Positions 41,932 through 52,280 of a stretch of DNA of 64,000 nucleotides are shown here, piece after piece. The DNA is from an uncultured delta proteobacterium (GTDB lineage Bacteria > Desulfobacterota > Syntrophia > Syntrophales > UBA2185). The notes under the pieces were generated by a model, which did no database searches, was not told where the DNA came from, and saw nothing but the letters and a program-made list of their open reading frames with translations. The number at the start of each line of letters is the position of its first letter. Position 1 is the first letter of the stretch. Both the position numbers and the translations under genes were made by a program. Where the stretch lies: assembly GCA_963729715.1 (NCBI GenBank), contig CAVSPA010000004.1, forward strand, positions 288,001 to 352,000. The letters are read 5' to 3'.

Positions 41932-43146
41932 TTAAATCAAGAATCGGCCAGCGGTCAGTGTATATATCTTTACCGCTTGAACCAGTTTTTCAATTACAAT
42001 ATTTTCATTCGGCTGGTGGGCAAGCTTGGGATCACCCGGGCCGCAAATAATCATCGGCGCCTTAAATGCCGGTGCGAGTGCAGTCGCGTCCGTATAGTAC
42101 TTGACGCCTTTTGGCGTAGGACGCTCCCCGAGCACCTCCCCGACAACACCGGCAAAGAGTCCAACAACAGCCTCTTTAGGCGATGTCTCAACAGGAGGGC
42201 GGTCATTCGTTACCTTTACCGATGCCCTGAAAGTCTGATTCCGTCGACTCAATCCCGCAATCATTTCCTTTATCCGCATGAGGATTGCTTCGTGACTCTG
42301 CCCCGGCACCGTACGCATGTCCACCGTCACCACACAGCCATCGGGAACTACATTCGTCTTCATGCCGCCTTGTATCGTGTTCACACTCATACTGAAGCCG
42401 CCCAGCATGGCATGTTCTTTAAACGGGATTTGCAGCTTCCGCAGTTCAGTTATAAGGTCTACCATCATCAGGACGGCATTTTCACCGAGCTCCGGCATCG
42501 CCCCGTGAGCAGTCTTTCCGTGGGTGCTCAACTCCAACCACAGAGCCCCTTTCTCCGCGATATAGATATCGTTGTCACTGGGTTCGGGTATAATCACCGC
42601 CTGAGCAGGCCCCAGTTCCGTCCGCGATGCAATGACAGTCGCGCCGAGCGAATCAACTTCTTCTCCGGCAGTGAGCGCGAGAATGAGATCTCCCCTCAAT
42701 TGCAACCCGGAGCGTGCCAGCTCTGTTGCTGCAACGATCAGAGCGGCCATCCCTCCTTTCATATCAGCGGCGCCCCGGCCCCATATCCTTCCTTCCGAAA
42801 TAACCGCGTCGAATGGTTCATGAATCCACTTTTCAACGCCTAACGGAACTGTGTCGAGATGTGCGCTATATAGGAGCGGTGGAATCTTGCGGCTGCCCTT
42901 TAGTACCGCAAGCAGACTCGCCCTCCCGGGATCGTGAGGGATGATTTCTACCTCCAAACCTGCCTTGACGAGGATCCCCCCCACGTATTCGGCGATCCGG
43001 AGTTCGTCTCCGGGAGGGTTTACACTTATGATTCTTATCAGCTCCTGACATAGAGCTACGACCTCTGCCTCTCGTATCGAGTCAACAACTTTTCTGATAT
43101 CCATGATCTTTTTCCTCTGAGGTATTGTGCGGTCATTCATAGGCAA
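41932..43146 (-). CDS. M20 metallo-amidohydrolase (ArgE/DapE family)
   Basis: AHLDTVP, GRGAADMKGG, GEE, EP, AHQPNE metal ligands. Confidence 0.9.
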   Translation of the reverse strand: MPMNDRTIPQRKKIMDIRKVVDSIREAEVVALCQELIRIISVNPPGDELRIAEYVGGILVKAGLEVEIIPHDPGRASLLAVLKGSRKIPPLLYSAHLDTVPLGVEKWIHEPFDAVISEGRIWGRGAADMKGGMAALIVAATELARSGLQLRGDLILALTAGEEVDSLGATVIASRTELGPAQAVIIPEPSDNDIYIAEKGALWLELSTHGKTAHGAMPELGENAVLMMVDLITELRKLQIPFKEHAMLGGFSMSVNTIQGGMKTNVVPDGCVVTVDMRTVPGQSHEAILMRIKEMIAGLSRRNQTFRASVKVTNDRPPVETSPKEAVVGLFAGVVGEVLGERPTPKGVKYYTDATALAPAFKAPMIICGPGDPKLAHQPNENIVIEKLVQAVKIYTLTAGRFLI

Positions 43147-43293
43147 TTGCGTTCATGGCCGCGCGGAGAATAGCATAAAAAAATTGAAAATGGAAAAAGG
43201 ATCCGCAGTCCCTTTGCAACGAACCGCAAATCCTTTTTCCTGTTTGCCAATGAATCCCGGAGCCTTGTATTATCCTCCCGGTTTCACCGAATG

Positions 43294-44628
43294 TTATTTC
43301 TTCTCCATTGCGCCGCCTTTCTGCGACTCGAAGCTGCCGAAGTCGACGATCGATTGCTCTCTGAGGAAAGTGATCGCGATCGCGCCTACAAAGGCAAGCA
43401 TTGACCAGAACAGGAACACGTTGCCGAAATCGTATGTATTATCCGGAAGTGTAACAACCAGATATCCGGCAATCATGGGAGAAACAAAGGCGCCGAATTG
43501 TCCCACGCCATTCGATACACCAACAGCCCGGCCGACAAGTTCCTTGGGATAGCGCAGAGACGGGAAGGAATACATCATACCCCAGCACAGGTTGACAAAG
43601 AATCCGCCGACCGCCAACCCCAGCAGAAGCATATTAGTATCGCCCTTGGAAACATGCCCGATGAAATAAAGGGCCGGGATGCAACCGATGAAAGATATGA
43701 TCGTGACAACCTTGGGTCTGCCGTGAAACCATTTGTCTGCCATCCATCCGCCTATGTACATCGCAAAGAAGGCCACTACATAAGGCAGGGATGCATAAAA
43801 TCCCATGGTCTTCAGATTCATGCCGTGCTGCTTGACGAGGAAGGTGCTGATCCATGTGGTCATCCCCCAGTAAATCATCAACATGATTACGAGGCCGATT
43901 GTGTAAAGATAGAATTGAATATCCGTCGCATACATTTTGCTGCTGTATGTCTTTCCATGCTCACTTGATTGCACATCTATAGAAGATACGATCATGTCAT
44001 GCTCTTCTTTTGACACTTTCCCCATTTCAAACATCGCCTTTGGGGAATCGTGCACATATTTTTTCAGCAACCAGATGCACAGAAAACCCGGGACTGCCAG
44101 GATGAAGAATACGGGACGCCAGGCACCGTCGAAGAAGCCTGCCGCCAGTTGGGTAACAAGAATGGGAACTATGGCAGGGGCCACAGCCCATGTGGTTGAG
44201 AAGAATCCCGTCGCCCTTCCTTTTTCGCTCCGCGGGAACCAGTTTGCAATCATCCGCATGGAGGGCGCAAAATGCTGCCCTTCGCCGACGGCAAGGCTGA
44301 GACGGAGGATAATAAATTGCCAGAAATTCTGTACGACTCCCGTTATTCCCGTGACGATCGTGAAGACCCAGACGGCAACGTTCATCGTTTTCTTGGGACC
44401 GATCCTGTCCGCCAAGTACCCCGCGAGAAACTGGGCCAGAGAGTAGCCAAAGAAAAATATGGAACCCAGCCATCCGAGTTGAACGGCCGTCAACATAAGA
44501 TCCTTCTGGATGAACGGTAGGAATGTTAATACAGAAATCCGGTCAAAGTAATTAATAAGGTAAATAAACCAGATGATAATCAATATCACGTGGCGATATC
44601 CCCATGCCTTTTTTACACCGTTAGTCAT
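43294..44628 (-). CDS. MFS transporter (anion:cation symporter-like)
   Basis: INYFDR, GYLADRIG, NWFPRSEKGRA, about 12 TM segments. Confidence 0.9.
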   Translation of the reverse strand: MTNGVKKAWGYRHVILIIIWFIYLINYFDRISVLTFLPFIQKDLMLTAVQLGWLGSIFFFGYSLAQFLAGYLADRIGPKKTMNVAVWVFTIVTGITGVVQNFWQFIILRLSLAVGEGQHFAPSMRMIANWFPRSEKGRATGFFSTTWAVAPAIVPILVTQLAAGFFDGAWRPVFFILAVPGFLCIWLLKKYVHDSPKAMFEMGKVSKEEHDMIVSSIDVQSSEHGKTYSSKMYATDIQFYLYTIGLVIMLMIYWGMTTWISTFLVKQHGMNLKTMGFYASLPYVVAFFAMYIGGWMADKWFHGRPKVVTIISFIGCIPALYFIGHVSKGDTNMLLLGLAVGGFFVNLCWGMMYSFPSLRYPKELVGRAVGVSNGVGQFGAFVSPMIAGYLVVTLPDNTYDFGNVFLFWSMLAFVGAIAITFLREQSIVDFGSFESQKGGAMEKK

Positions 44629-44852
44629 TATTGTTTATACCCCCTTTATTTTTTCTTTATCACCCCAACATAGCGACATGTGCAAGGATCATATCCGGCG
44701 CCCATCGATACAGCCGGCATTGCTACTCTGTATACGTTCACCTGATCTTATCAGCCCCGACATCCCCCCTCTCCCCTCAAGTATAATTTTAGCTGCAGTA
44801 ATTCCTAAAATTACCTGCCCTGCTCAATTCGTACAGGCATTAAGGGCAGACC

Positions 44853-46307
44853 TTATTCGTCGATCTTGGCGATCTTTTTCGCCATCTTCATTTTCTGGCC
44901 CAATTTTCCGAGCCGCTGATACATAATTCTCTGGCTCTGCGGCGAACCCGCGCCGTGCATGCTTTCCACGAGTGCAGTGCCACCGGTCATGTTCTCGAGG
45001 AGTCTCACGATCTTCATTCTTGTCTCCGTGGAAACGCCCTCGACGCCTTTCATATACTTTTCGACGTACTTGCCCACCACCGGACTCCTTAGATCCTTGT
45101 CGAAGGGAAGCGTCGCCATGATGCCCCCACCGATGTCATGAGCAAGCCTCGAGATATCGTAAATAAACCGGGTGATATTGTGCTTCGTGCAGTTTGCGAG
45201 GAGCGGATCAGGATAGTATGCCCCGCTTTTCGTTTTCGAACCCATTGCTGAACAGGCTACGGAGCCCGAATAAACGGTCTCCGCCAGATGCAGCATCTCG
45301 ACAAGCTTATCTTTGATATGTGACGCATCCAATGTTCCTTGATATTGCGCCGCGAGCGCGCTTGCGCCGATGACGATATCTGAAACGCCTCCCTTGCATC
45401 CTCCGTAATTCTGGCGATGCAAAGTGGCAAACCGCTCGACAAGCATTCCCGTAAAATCAATTTCACCGCACATGAAGACTCTCTCCCACGGAACAAATAC
45501 GTCTTCGAATACGACGAGCGCTTCCCCTCCGACCATTCCGAATTCACAATTGCCGGCATCTATACCGCATTCAAATTTCCTTTCTTCGTTGGTCTGACGG
45601 CCAAAGATCAAAGTAACACCCTTGGCGTCAAGAGGAATCGCGGCGACTATGGCATAAGCCTCGTCTCCTTCCCCCATGGCCTGAGTAGGCATGATCATAA
45701 TCTCGTGACTGTTGACGGCGCCCGTCTGATGCGCTTTGGCACCCCTTACCACCACGCCGTCCTTGCGTTTCTCAACGACGCGCGTGAATACGTCGGGATC
45801 TGCCTGCTGGCTGGGCCGCTTGGAGCGATCCCCTTTCGGATCGGTCATCCCGCCCACAAGCATAAAGTTTTCTTCCTGGATCTTCTTGAGGTATTCCACA
45901 AACCGTTCGAAATATTTCGTCTTGTGCTTCTCGTCGATTTCATACGTCGTCATGTAAAGCGAATTCAAGGCGTCAAATCCGACGCAGCGCTGAAAGCAGC
46001 TCGCAGTTTCGTGTGCAATAAGCCTCAGCATCTGAACCTTTTTTATCAGATCATCCACAGACTGATGGATATGCGTGAACCGGTTTATTTTTTTCCCCGT
46101 GACGTTGCTCGTAGCAGTTAAGAGGTCCTCGTTTTCCGGGAGCAGGGCCAGTTCATAGGTTTTTGCAGCAGAATTTATGTGGGGGACAAAAGCCGGAAAG
46201 GTTGTACGATCTTCAACCAACTCACCTTTATAATATATGACTACTTTTTGATCTTTGAGACTCTTTATATAATCTTCCTTAGTTCTAATCATCATTTCTT
46301 TCCTCAC
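44853..46307 (-). CDS. abfD: 4-hydroxybutyryl-CoA dehydratase (canonical type)
   Basis: CFQRCVG, GAKAHQTG, GGEAL, HRQNYGGCK, ESMHGAGSPQ match AbfD Fe-S ligands and catalytic residues. Confidence 0.88.
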   Translation of the reverse strand: MRKEMMIRTKEDYIKSLKDQKVVIYYKGELVEDRTTFPAFVPHINSAAKTYELALLPENEDLLTATSNVTGKKINRFTHIHQSVDDLIKKVQMLRLIAHETASCFQRCVGFDALNSLYMTTYEIDEKHKTKYFERFVEYLKKIQEENFMLVGGMTDPKGDRSKRPSQQADPDVFTRVVEKRKDGVVVRGAKAHQTGAVNSHEIMIMPTQAMGEGDEAYAIVAAIPLDAKGVTLIFGRQTNEERKFECGIDAGNCEFGMVGGEALVVFEDVFVPWERVFMCGEIDFTGMLVERFATLHRQNYGGCKGGVSDIVIGASALAAQYQGTLDASHIKDKLVEMLHLAETVYSGSVACSAMGSKTKSGAYYPDPLLANCTKHNITRFIYDISRLAHDIGGGIMATLPFDKDLRSPVVGKYVEKYMKGVEGVSTETRMKIVRLLENMTGGTALVESMHGAGSPQSQRIMYQRLGKLGQKMKMAKKIAKIDE

Positions 46308-46644
46308 TTTCCAACAGAATTTTCACTAAATCCTTCGGAGATACTTTGTCATTCTTAATGGCTACGGTTTGCTTGTACTTACCGAAATCAACGCTCCGCA
46401 GCGGGCAGGCCGTCTCGCAGCCAACCACCAGCAAGACAGCATCGAATCTCTTGTCATCAAGTGTAACCCATTCTACATCAGGACCCGCCGCCGATTTTAT
46501 CTTCCCTACGTAAGCTACGCGGTCGTAACCCGGATTGCATCCTCCGCAATATTTCAACGCCACTTTCTTGATGCGTGTCTTAGCTCCGTTTTTCAGATTT
46601 CTCTTGTCCACAATGAGGCCATTGCCGGCCCGCCGCCTACGCAT
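46285..46644 (-). CDS. Small Cys-motif protein (KYCGGCN...GCETAC); start uncertain
   Basis: Four Cys in two CxxC/CxxxC motifs; overlaps the thiolase end and the abfD start. Confidence 0.75.
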   Translation of the reverse strand: MRRRRAGNGLIVDKRNLKNGAKTRIKKVALKYCGGCNPGYDRVAYVGKIKSAAGPDVEWVTLDDKRFDAVLLVVGCETACPLRSVDFGKYKQTVAIKNDKVSPKDLVKILLESEERNDD

Positions 46645-47798
46645 AAGGAGGCTCCGCCGAGCGTCAAACCTAATCTCTCCATCTCATAATACATCGTAAC
46701 GATGATGCGGAGACCCGTGCTCCCCACAGGATGCCCGAGCGCGATGCCCGAACCGTTGTGATTGATCTTCTCAATATCGAGCACCATCCCGAAATCTTCC
46801 TTCAGCTTCCTCCCTGCACCCAGCCACTGCGCTGCAAAGGCCTCATGAAATTCCCAGTATTCGATGTCCTCGAATTTCATTCCCGCCTGCTTGAGACACT
46901 TGGGAGTGGCAACGGCAGGACCGAGACCCATAACCACCGGGTCTACTCCCTCGCCGCAGATATTGATCAGCTTCATGAGGGGCTTGATACCTAGTTCCGC
47001 CGCCTTTTCCTTAGACATGATTACCGCGGCGGAGGCACCATCATTGATGCCGGAGGCATTGGCGGCGGTGACGACACCGCCTTTCTTGAAAACCGTGGGC
47101 AGCTGAGCCATGGTTTCCATGCTGGCATTCCTTATGGGATGCTCGTCCGTAGCGAAGACCTTAACGCCTTTCCTGGTCTTTATCTCCACAGGAACGACCT
47201 CCCGATTAAACCTCCCCTCGTCAATCGCCTGGACAGCACGCGTATGACTCAACAAGGCATGTTCATCGCATTCCCTGCGCGTGAGCCCATATTTCTCCGC
47301 AACATTCTCTGCTGTCACACCCATGTGACCCGGAACAAGCTCATCTACTAAACCGTCATGCAGCATGCTGTCCTCAATAGTCCCCTGGCCCATGCGATAA
47401 CCCATCCTCGCCTTCGGTATCAGATACGGCGCATTTGTCATACTCTCGACACCCACGGCGAGGCCGACCTCCGTTTTCCCAAGCATGATATTGTGGCAGG
47501 CAATCTCCAACGCCCGCATCGCGGAAGTGCAGTTCTGATTAACAGTCACGGCGCCGCTTCTGTGTGGAAGACCTATCCTCATACCCACCTGCCTCGCAGG
47601 CAAAGACCCCTGCATTCCCGTATAAAGCTGGCCCATGCAGATCTCGTCTATGATGTCTGCAGAGATCCCCGCCCTCTCTATCGCCGCCTTCCCCGCCGTA
47701 ATCGCCAAATGACGGGCCGGCACATCCTTCAGCGCACCAAGAAAATCGCCGATCGCCGTCCTACACGCACTTACCATCACTACATCTTTCATTTTCAT
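46593..47798 (-). CDS. Thiolase (acetyl-CoA C-acyltransferase)
   Basis: NQNCTS nucleophile, HEAFA, GHPVG, CVGGG. Confidence 0.93.
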   Translation of the reverse strand: MKMKDVVMVSACRTAIGDFLGALKDVPARHLAITAGKAAIERAGISADIIDEICMGQLYTGMQGSLPARQVGMRIGLPHRSGAVTVNQNCTSAMRALEIACHNIMLGKTEVGLAVGVESMTNAPYLIPKARMGYRMGQGTIEDSMLHDGLVDELVPGHMGVTAENVAEKYGLTRRECDEHALLSHTRAVQAIDEGRFNREVVPVEIKTRKGVKVFATDEHPIRNASMETMAQLPTVFKKGGVVTAANASGINDGASAAVIMSKEKAAELGIKPLMKLINICGEGVDPVVMGLGPAVATPKCLKQAGMKFEDIEYWEFHEAFAAQWLGAGRKLKEDFGMVLDIEKINHNGSGIALGHPVGSTGLRIIVTMYYEMERLGLTLGGASLCVGGGPAMASLWTREI

Positions 47799-47831
47799 TT
47801 TACTCCCTAACGTTAATTTATGCGTTAAATG

Positions 47832-48611
47832 TTAAACAATCGTATGGCCGCCATCGATGTAAATTTCCGTTCCCGTCATGAAGGAAGGGCAGGTGGCCAT
47901 GTAAAGCGCTGTTGACTGTAATTCATCCAACCGCCCTACCCGGTTCAAAGGAATCATCTTCTTGACAAGCCCCTTCCCCACGTCCGAATCGAAGAAATTA
48001 CGATTAAAGTCGGTCAGGATATATCCGGGACAGAGGGCATTGACCTGCACGTTATCGCGCATCAACTCCAGGGCCATCACCCTGGTTAATTGGATGACCG
48101 CAGCCTTGCTCGCACAATATCCCGCCATGTTGCGGGCGGAAATTTTTCCCAGAATAGAGGCAACATTGATAATCCTGCCGCTCTTTTGCTTCACCATTAC
48201 TTGTCCCACAGCTCTCGAAACCAGGAACGTTCCCCGAAAATCAACACCCATGACCTCATCCATATCCTCATCGGTCATTCTCAAAACAGGTTTTTCGCTT
48301 CCCGGAATTCCGGCGCTGTTTACGAGGATATCAATACGGCCAAATTCGGTGAAAATTTCCTGGATCACCCGGTCAACCGATTTCGAGTGGCGGACGTCCA
48401 TAGATTTACCGGCCGTCTTGACATCGAATTTCTTTTTTATTTTTTCCGCTGTCTCCTGGCATGCGGATAGATTTCGTGCAACCAATACGACATTTGCCCC
48501 CGCTTCGGCATAGGTTTCCGCGATCGCCAGACCTATCCCCCTGTATCCACCGGTAACAACGGCCGTCTTCCCATTTATAGAAAAAAGTCTTTCAACCAGG
48601 TCTTTCGTCAT
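47832..48611 (-). CDS. SDR oxidoreductase
   Basis: TGGYRGIG, NSAG, YCASK. Confidence 0.92.
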   Translation of the reverse strand: MTKDLVERLFSINGKTAVVTGGYRGIGLAIAETYAEAGANVVLVARNLSACQETAEKIKKKFDVKTAGKSMDVRHSKSVDRVIQEIFTEFGRIDILVNSAGIPGSEKPVLRMTDEDMDEVMGVDFRGTFLVSRAVGQVMVKQKSGRIINVASILGKISARNMAGYCASKAAVIQLTRVMALELMRDNVQVNALCPGYILTDFNRNFFDSDVGKGLVKKMIPLNRVGRLDELQSTALYMATCPSFMTGTEIYIDGGHTIV

Positions 48612-48677
48612 ATAGATATTGTCTCCTGTGCCTTTATAGTCTTAATCACTTCACTGCGTGCCAGTCCAACGGCAATA

Positions 48678-49550
48678 TCACCCGAACATCCTTTTGATCT
48701 TCGCATGCGAAGAATTCAGCATCTTGATGTAGTTCTCGAATGTAAGACCTTTCAATCCGCCTCCGGTGTAAAGCTTTAGGGAGTCCAGTGTCCGGATTAT
48801 ATCTGCCTCCTCCTTTGTCGGCGGCGGGGTCGTCTTCAAGTCGGGCGACACTCTCAGGTCCCATGAAACTTCCTTCCTTACCGCCTCAGCAGTTACTCCC
48901 GGATGCACGGAATCAAGGTAAGCCTCTTTCGTATTTTCATCAAATCTGAAGATCGCCATGTTCGAAATGATGACGGCGGGACCGCCTCCCGGATATCCGT
49001 ATTTCTCACGACAACCGGGACCATCCAGATAACCCGGCGAGGTAATAAAATCCACCTTCTCCAGGAAGCGGCGTTTCTGCTGGTTCATCATGATCAACGT
49101 TCTCTTGGCAGAAATCGCAATATCATTGGCACCGCCGCTTCCCGGTAGACGCGTCTTGGGCTTCTCATAAGTGCCGGCGCCAAATATCGCGGTACTGTTT
49201 AAGTTGCCGTATTTATCAACCTGCGCGCCGCCCAGCATGCCCATGTCGAAATATCCACGTTGCTGATCGGAGAATGCCCTCCACAGGGAAGTTACACAGA
49301 TTGCGTTTTCCCCACATGCATTGTCTCCTATTCCGAGCATCAAACGGTAAGGTGTCGGACCGATGCATCCCGACTCAACTGCCAGGATGACATCTGGTGC
49401 ATGCGTCAACTTGGCGACGAGCGCTCCCAGGCACGGTATGCCTACTCCAACGAAGACGACCTCCCTGTCCCTGATCTCTCTTCCGGCTGCGGCGACCAGC
49501 AATTCCTGAAGAGTATAATCCTCAGCATATTTCTTTTCAGTTGTGCTCAT
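48678..49550 (-). CDS. Family I CoA-transferase beta subunit (GctB-like)
   Basis: VESG catalytic Glu, GGAQVDKYGNLN, LPGSGGAND. Confidence 0.9.
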   Translation of the reverse strand: MSTTEKKYAEDYTLQELLVAAAGREIRDREVVFVGVGIPCLGALVAKLTHAPDVILAVESGCIGPTPYRLMLGIGDNACGENAICVTSLWRAFSDQQRGYFDMGMLGGAQVDKYGNLNSTAIFGAGTYEKPKTRLPGSGGANDIAISAKRTLIMMNQQKRRFLEKVDFITSPGYLDGPGCREKYGYPGGGPAVIISNMAIFRFDENTKEAYLDSVHPGVTAEAVRKEVSWDLRVSPDLKTTPPPTKEEADIIRTLDSLKLYTGGGLKGLTFENYIKMLNSSHAKIKRMFG

Positions 49551-49599
49551 AAATCATTCCCTTCCCCTGTTCGGATATCTTCATTTATCGGATCTGAGC

Positions 49600-50550
49600 T
49601 CACAACGTGCTCTTGCAGAACTTGCGTTCAATCTGCGCCAGCTTCTTCAAACGGGCCCATCCTACCTTCTCGCAATATTCCTCATGGTCCTTACAACCGA
49701 ACGCCCACTCATCTATCCAGCTCTTGAAACCATCTGCCGTATCTATCTCGGCCATCATCTTCATGTGAAACGGTAAATCGTACGCATATGCATAGGGCAT
49801 GTTCCACGGATGGCTGCAAAACGGGAGCTCAACAACGGCGTCCACTACATACTGTGGTACGGTCGTAAGCGTGGGAGCCTTCTTGATCTCGTCGGTTGAG
49901 ACTATTTTCTCACATGTGACGATCGTCCTCGTCGCCGCCCTGGCGATGTTTTCCGCATTTGATGAAAAACCGATGAACTGAGTATTCCCCAATAGGTCGG
50001 CCCTGTTCGCGTGCACGATTGCTACATCCGGCCTTGCGGCAGGCACCAGCGCGACTTTCTTGCCCTCGTAAGGGTCATCTATGACCTTGATCATATCGTT
50101 GTACTTTCCAACGGAGGTCCCCGCGAGGGATTTCGTCACCATGAAGGGAAGACCCATGGCGCCGGCCAGGAATCTGAGGCCCATGGTATAGTTCGAAAAT
50201 TCCCGCACCTCTATTTTATGAGGGAGACCCTCTTCCACTGCGCGCCTGTAATTCGGGCTTACACCCGCCACTGCAAAGGCGAGCCAGGCAACCTCGATTC
50301 TGTTTATCTGGCCCGTGCCAACAAGGTAATCACCGACCTCGCAGGGACTGTCTCCCATCAGTGTTAAATTCATCTGCCCCTGCCTCACGATCTCATAGGT
50401 TGGGGCGACAACCTGCTCCCCGCCCATGCCGCTGAAGGCGATTGAACATCCGTCAAATACGTACTTGGATATTGCCTCCTTAAGAGTCGTCCGCTTGTCC
50501 AATGATTTCTTCGTATCCTCTTCTTTCATCAGTGATACTCCCTCTTTCAT
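49600..50550 (-). CDS. Family I CoA-transferase alpha subunit (GctA-like)
   Basis: EIVRQG, AGAMGLPF, PDVAIVHA..AD..GN. Confidence 0.9.
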   Translation of the reverse strand: MKEGVSLMKEEDTKKSLDKRTTLKEAISKYVFDGCSIAFSGMGGEQVVAPTYEIVRQGQMNLTLMGDSPCEVGDYLVGTGQINRIEVAWLAFAVAGVSPNYRRAVEEGLPHKIEVREFSNYTMGLRFLAGAMGLPFMVTKSLAGTSVGKYNDMIKVIDDPYEGKKVALVPAARPDVAIVHANRADLLGNTQFIGFSSNAENIARAATRTIVTCEKIVSTDEIKKAPTLTTVPQYVVDAVVELPFCSHPWNMPYAYAYDLPFHMKMMAEIDTADGFKSWIDEWAFGCKDHEEYCEKVGWARLKKLAQIERKFCKSTL

Positions 50551-50577
50551 TTTATTCTGCCACTAATGCCAGCATTC

Positions 50578-52095
50578 TCATTTTTTCAGTTGTTGCCCAT
50601 CATTACTCGCCAAACTTGTCCCGAAGGTCGGCTCCAACCCCAGCGCCCTCGAATCATCGAATGTCTCATCAATGCCAGACAGGTATCTCCCGAGGCGCTT
50701 TTTCTCATCGAAATCATAATCCAGGTTAAGGGCAATCGTTTCCATGATGGGAGATCCTCCGCCATGCACGCCTGCAATTTCATACCAAGACGACATGGGT
50801 GATGCGCCGATGTTCTCAACAAATTTCCAGATTTTGAGAGATATTTCCGGAGAAAGTTTTGGATTTCTTACAATAAACTTATCAAGATATTTCTTCGTAC
50901 TTTCCGCATGGAAATCTTCTTCAAAAGGCAGCGTAACTGCAATGCCGCCGGCGATTTCCGTCAGCAGGTTATATTCGTGATAGATCAGTTCCCCCGTGAG
51001 TCTCCGGCCGACATTGGCGTAAATCTTGTTCGGGAAGAAAACGCCGCTCGATGTTTTTTCCCCGTAGATGGCGGAAGCCACGCCTGCCGCATAGGCAAGT
51101 TCGGCAGCACCGGCATAATTCGAAAGCTTCTCGCGAATGTGGGATATTTTTTGAATATTGTTTGCCTCCGCCGCGAGCATGGCGGCGCCGCAAAGCACGT
51201 CAGACATGCCGGGCTTGCAGCCGCTGTAGCTGTGGCGGTGGGAGTCCGCAAAGAGAAGGGCAAGCCGGCGCCCAAATTCCCATTCCCGGCACATAAAGAC
51301 CCTTTCTTTGGGAACGAATACATTGTCGAAAACTACAACTGAATCCGATACCCCGTATTTGCAGAAGGGCGCTGCGGCAGGGTCGTCCTTCTCGCGCAGC
51401 CACACAGGGCGTGTTATCAATGTGATCCCATCCCAATCCGCAGGGAGTGCAAAGGCCACGGCAAAGTCGCGGTCGTCTTCCATCAATGCTCTCGTGGGCA
51501 GCACGAATATCTCATCGGCATAGGCCACCTGAGTAATGGACATCTTGACACCGCTCACTACAATCCCGTCCTTACGTTCTTCCACGATGTGAACATATGC
51601 ATCAGGGTTTGGCTGTTCGCTCGGCCGTTTCGTGCGGTCTCCCTTGCTGTCTGTCTGCGCACAGCAGCCATCGCCATCCTTCATCTGGTATAGCCGAAGG
51701 TAGGTCATAAACCTTCTATAATAGTCTGTTCCCTTGGCCTCATCTATTTCTTTCGTGCAGATTGCCAATGCGCTGATAGCATCGTGTCCCATGCATCTCT
51801 GTATGCAGCCTCCGACCCGGCGTGCAACACAGCGGATCATTTTTTGTTTCTGCAAGAGATCGTAGGGATTCTGAGGCAAATGGGACCATCGGTTTATCTC
51901 CTCGCCGGTTATGGATGACATCGCTGTTATCAACCCTTGCCATTTCGACTCCCGTGCGAGATCGAAAGTTACATCGAGAACATTAATGCCTGGCCGGAGG
52001 CGATGGTCATCTCTGCCAACCTTTTCACCGCCTATGAATACGTTCGTTTTCATTTTGAAGAGATCTTCATGGTATTGCTCTTTAGTCCTCAGCAC
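50578..52095 (-). CDS. Divergent 4-hydroxybutyryl-CoA dehydratase/HpaB-family paralog
   Basis: CIQRCMG, QTDSKGDR, HRHSYSGCK, HGGGSP; GTG start. Confidence 0.85.
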   Translation of the reverse strand: MLRTKEQYHEDLFKMKTNVFIGGEKVGRDDHRLRPGINVLDVTFDLARESKWQGLITAMSSITGEEINRWSHLPQNPYDLLQKQKMIRCVARRVGGCIQRCMGHDAISALAICTKEIDEAKGTDYYRRFMTYLRLYQMKDGDGCCAQTDSKGDRTKRPSEQPNPDAYVHIVEERKDGIVVSGVKMSITQVAYADEIFVLPTRALMEDDRDFAVAFALPADWDGITLITRPVWLREKDDPAAAPFCKYGVSDSVVVFDNVFVPKERVFMCREWEFGRRLALLFADSHRHSYSGCKPGMSDVLCGAAMLAAEANNIQKISHIREKLSNYAGAAELAYAAGVASAIYGEKTSSGVFFPNKIYANVGRRLTGELIYHEYNLLTEIAGGIAVTLPFEEDFHAESTKKYLDKFIVRNPKLSPEISLKIWKFVENIGASPMSSWYEIAGVHGGGSPIMETIALNLDYDFDEKKRLGRYLSGIDETFDDSRALGLEPTFGTSLASNDGQQLKK

Positions 52096-52164
52096 TGTTT
52101 GACTCCTTTTCTTTTCAATTTTAAGCCGATACTCTTTTTGCCGGTATAGCTTTCAGTACGATGA

Positions 52165-52180
52165 AGCAGACGCTGTGCCA
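52165..52180 (-). promoter_or_regulatory. sigma-54 (-24/-12) promoter of the dehydratase operon
   Basis: Minus strand TGGCAC-AGCGT-CTGCT, ~70 nt upstream of the start codon. Confidence 0.75.
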
Positions 52181-52280
52181 CTCTGAAATACATTACCGAA
52201 TGAAGAGACGAACCATGCGTAATCATAGTGTATTATTAAAATAATCTTGCAATTATCAGTGAATCATGCTTTGATTTTAC

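Noticed and set aside
41911..42843. 310 aa plus-strand ORF and similar long antisense ORFs (5441-6202, 6795-7526, 10031-10807, 45417-46121)
   Set aside because: Fully overlap well-supported genes on the opposite strand and show no motifs
44853..52095. Annotation as 4-hydroxyphenylacetate 3-monooxygenases
   Set aside because: Both keep the Cys/His Fe-S ligands of AbfD and sit in a CoA-dependent anaerobic context
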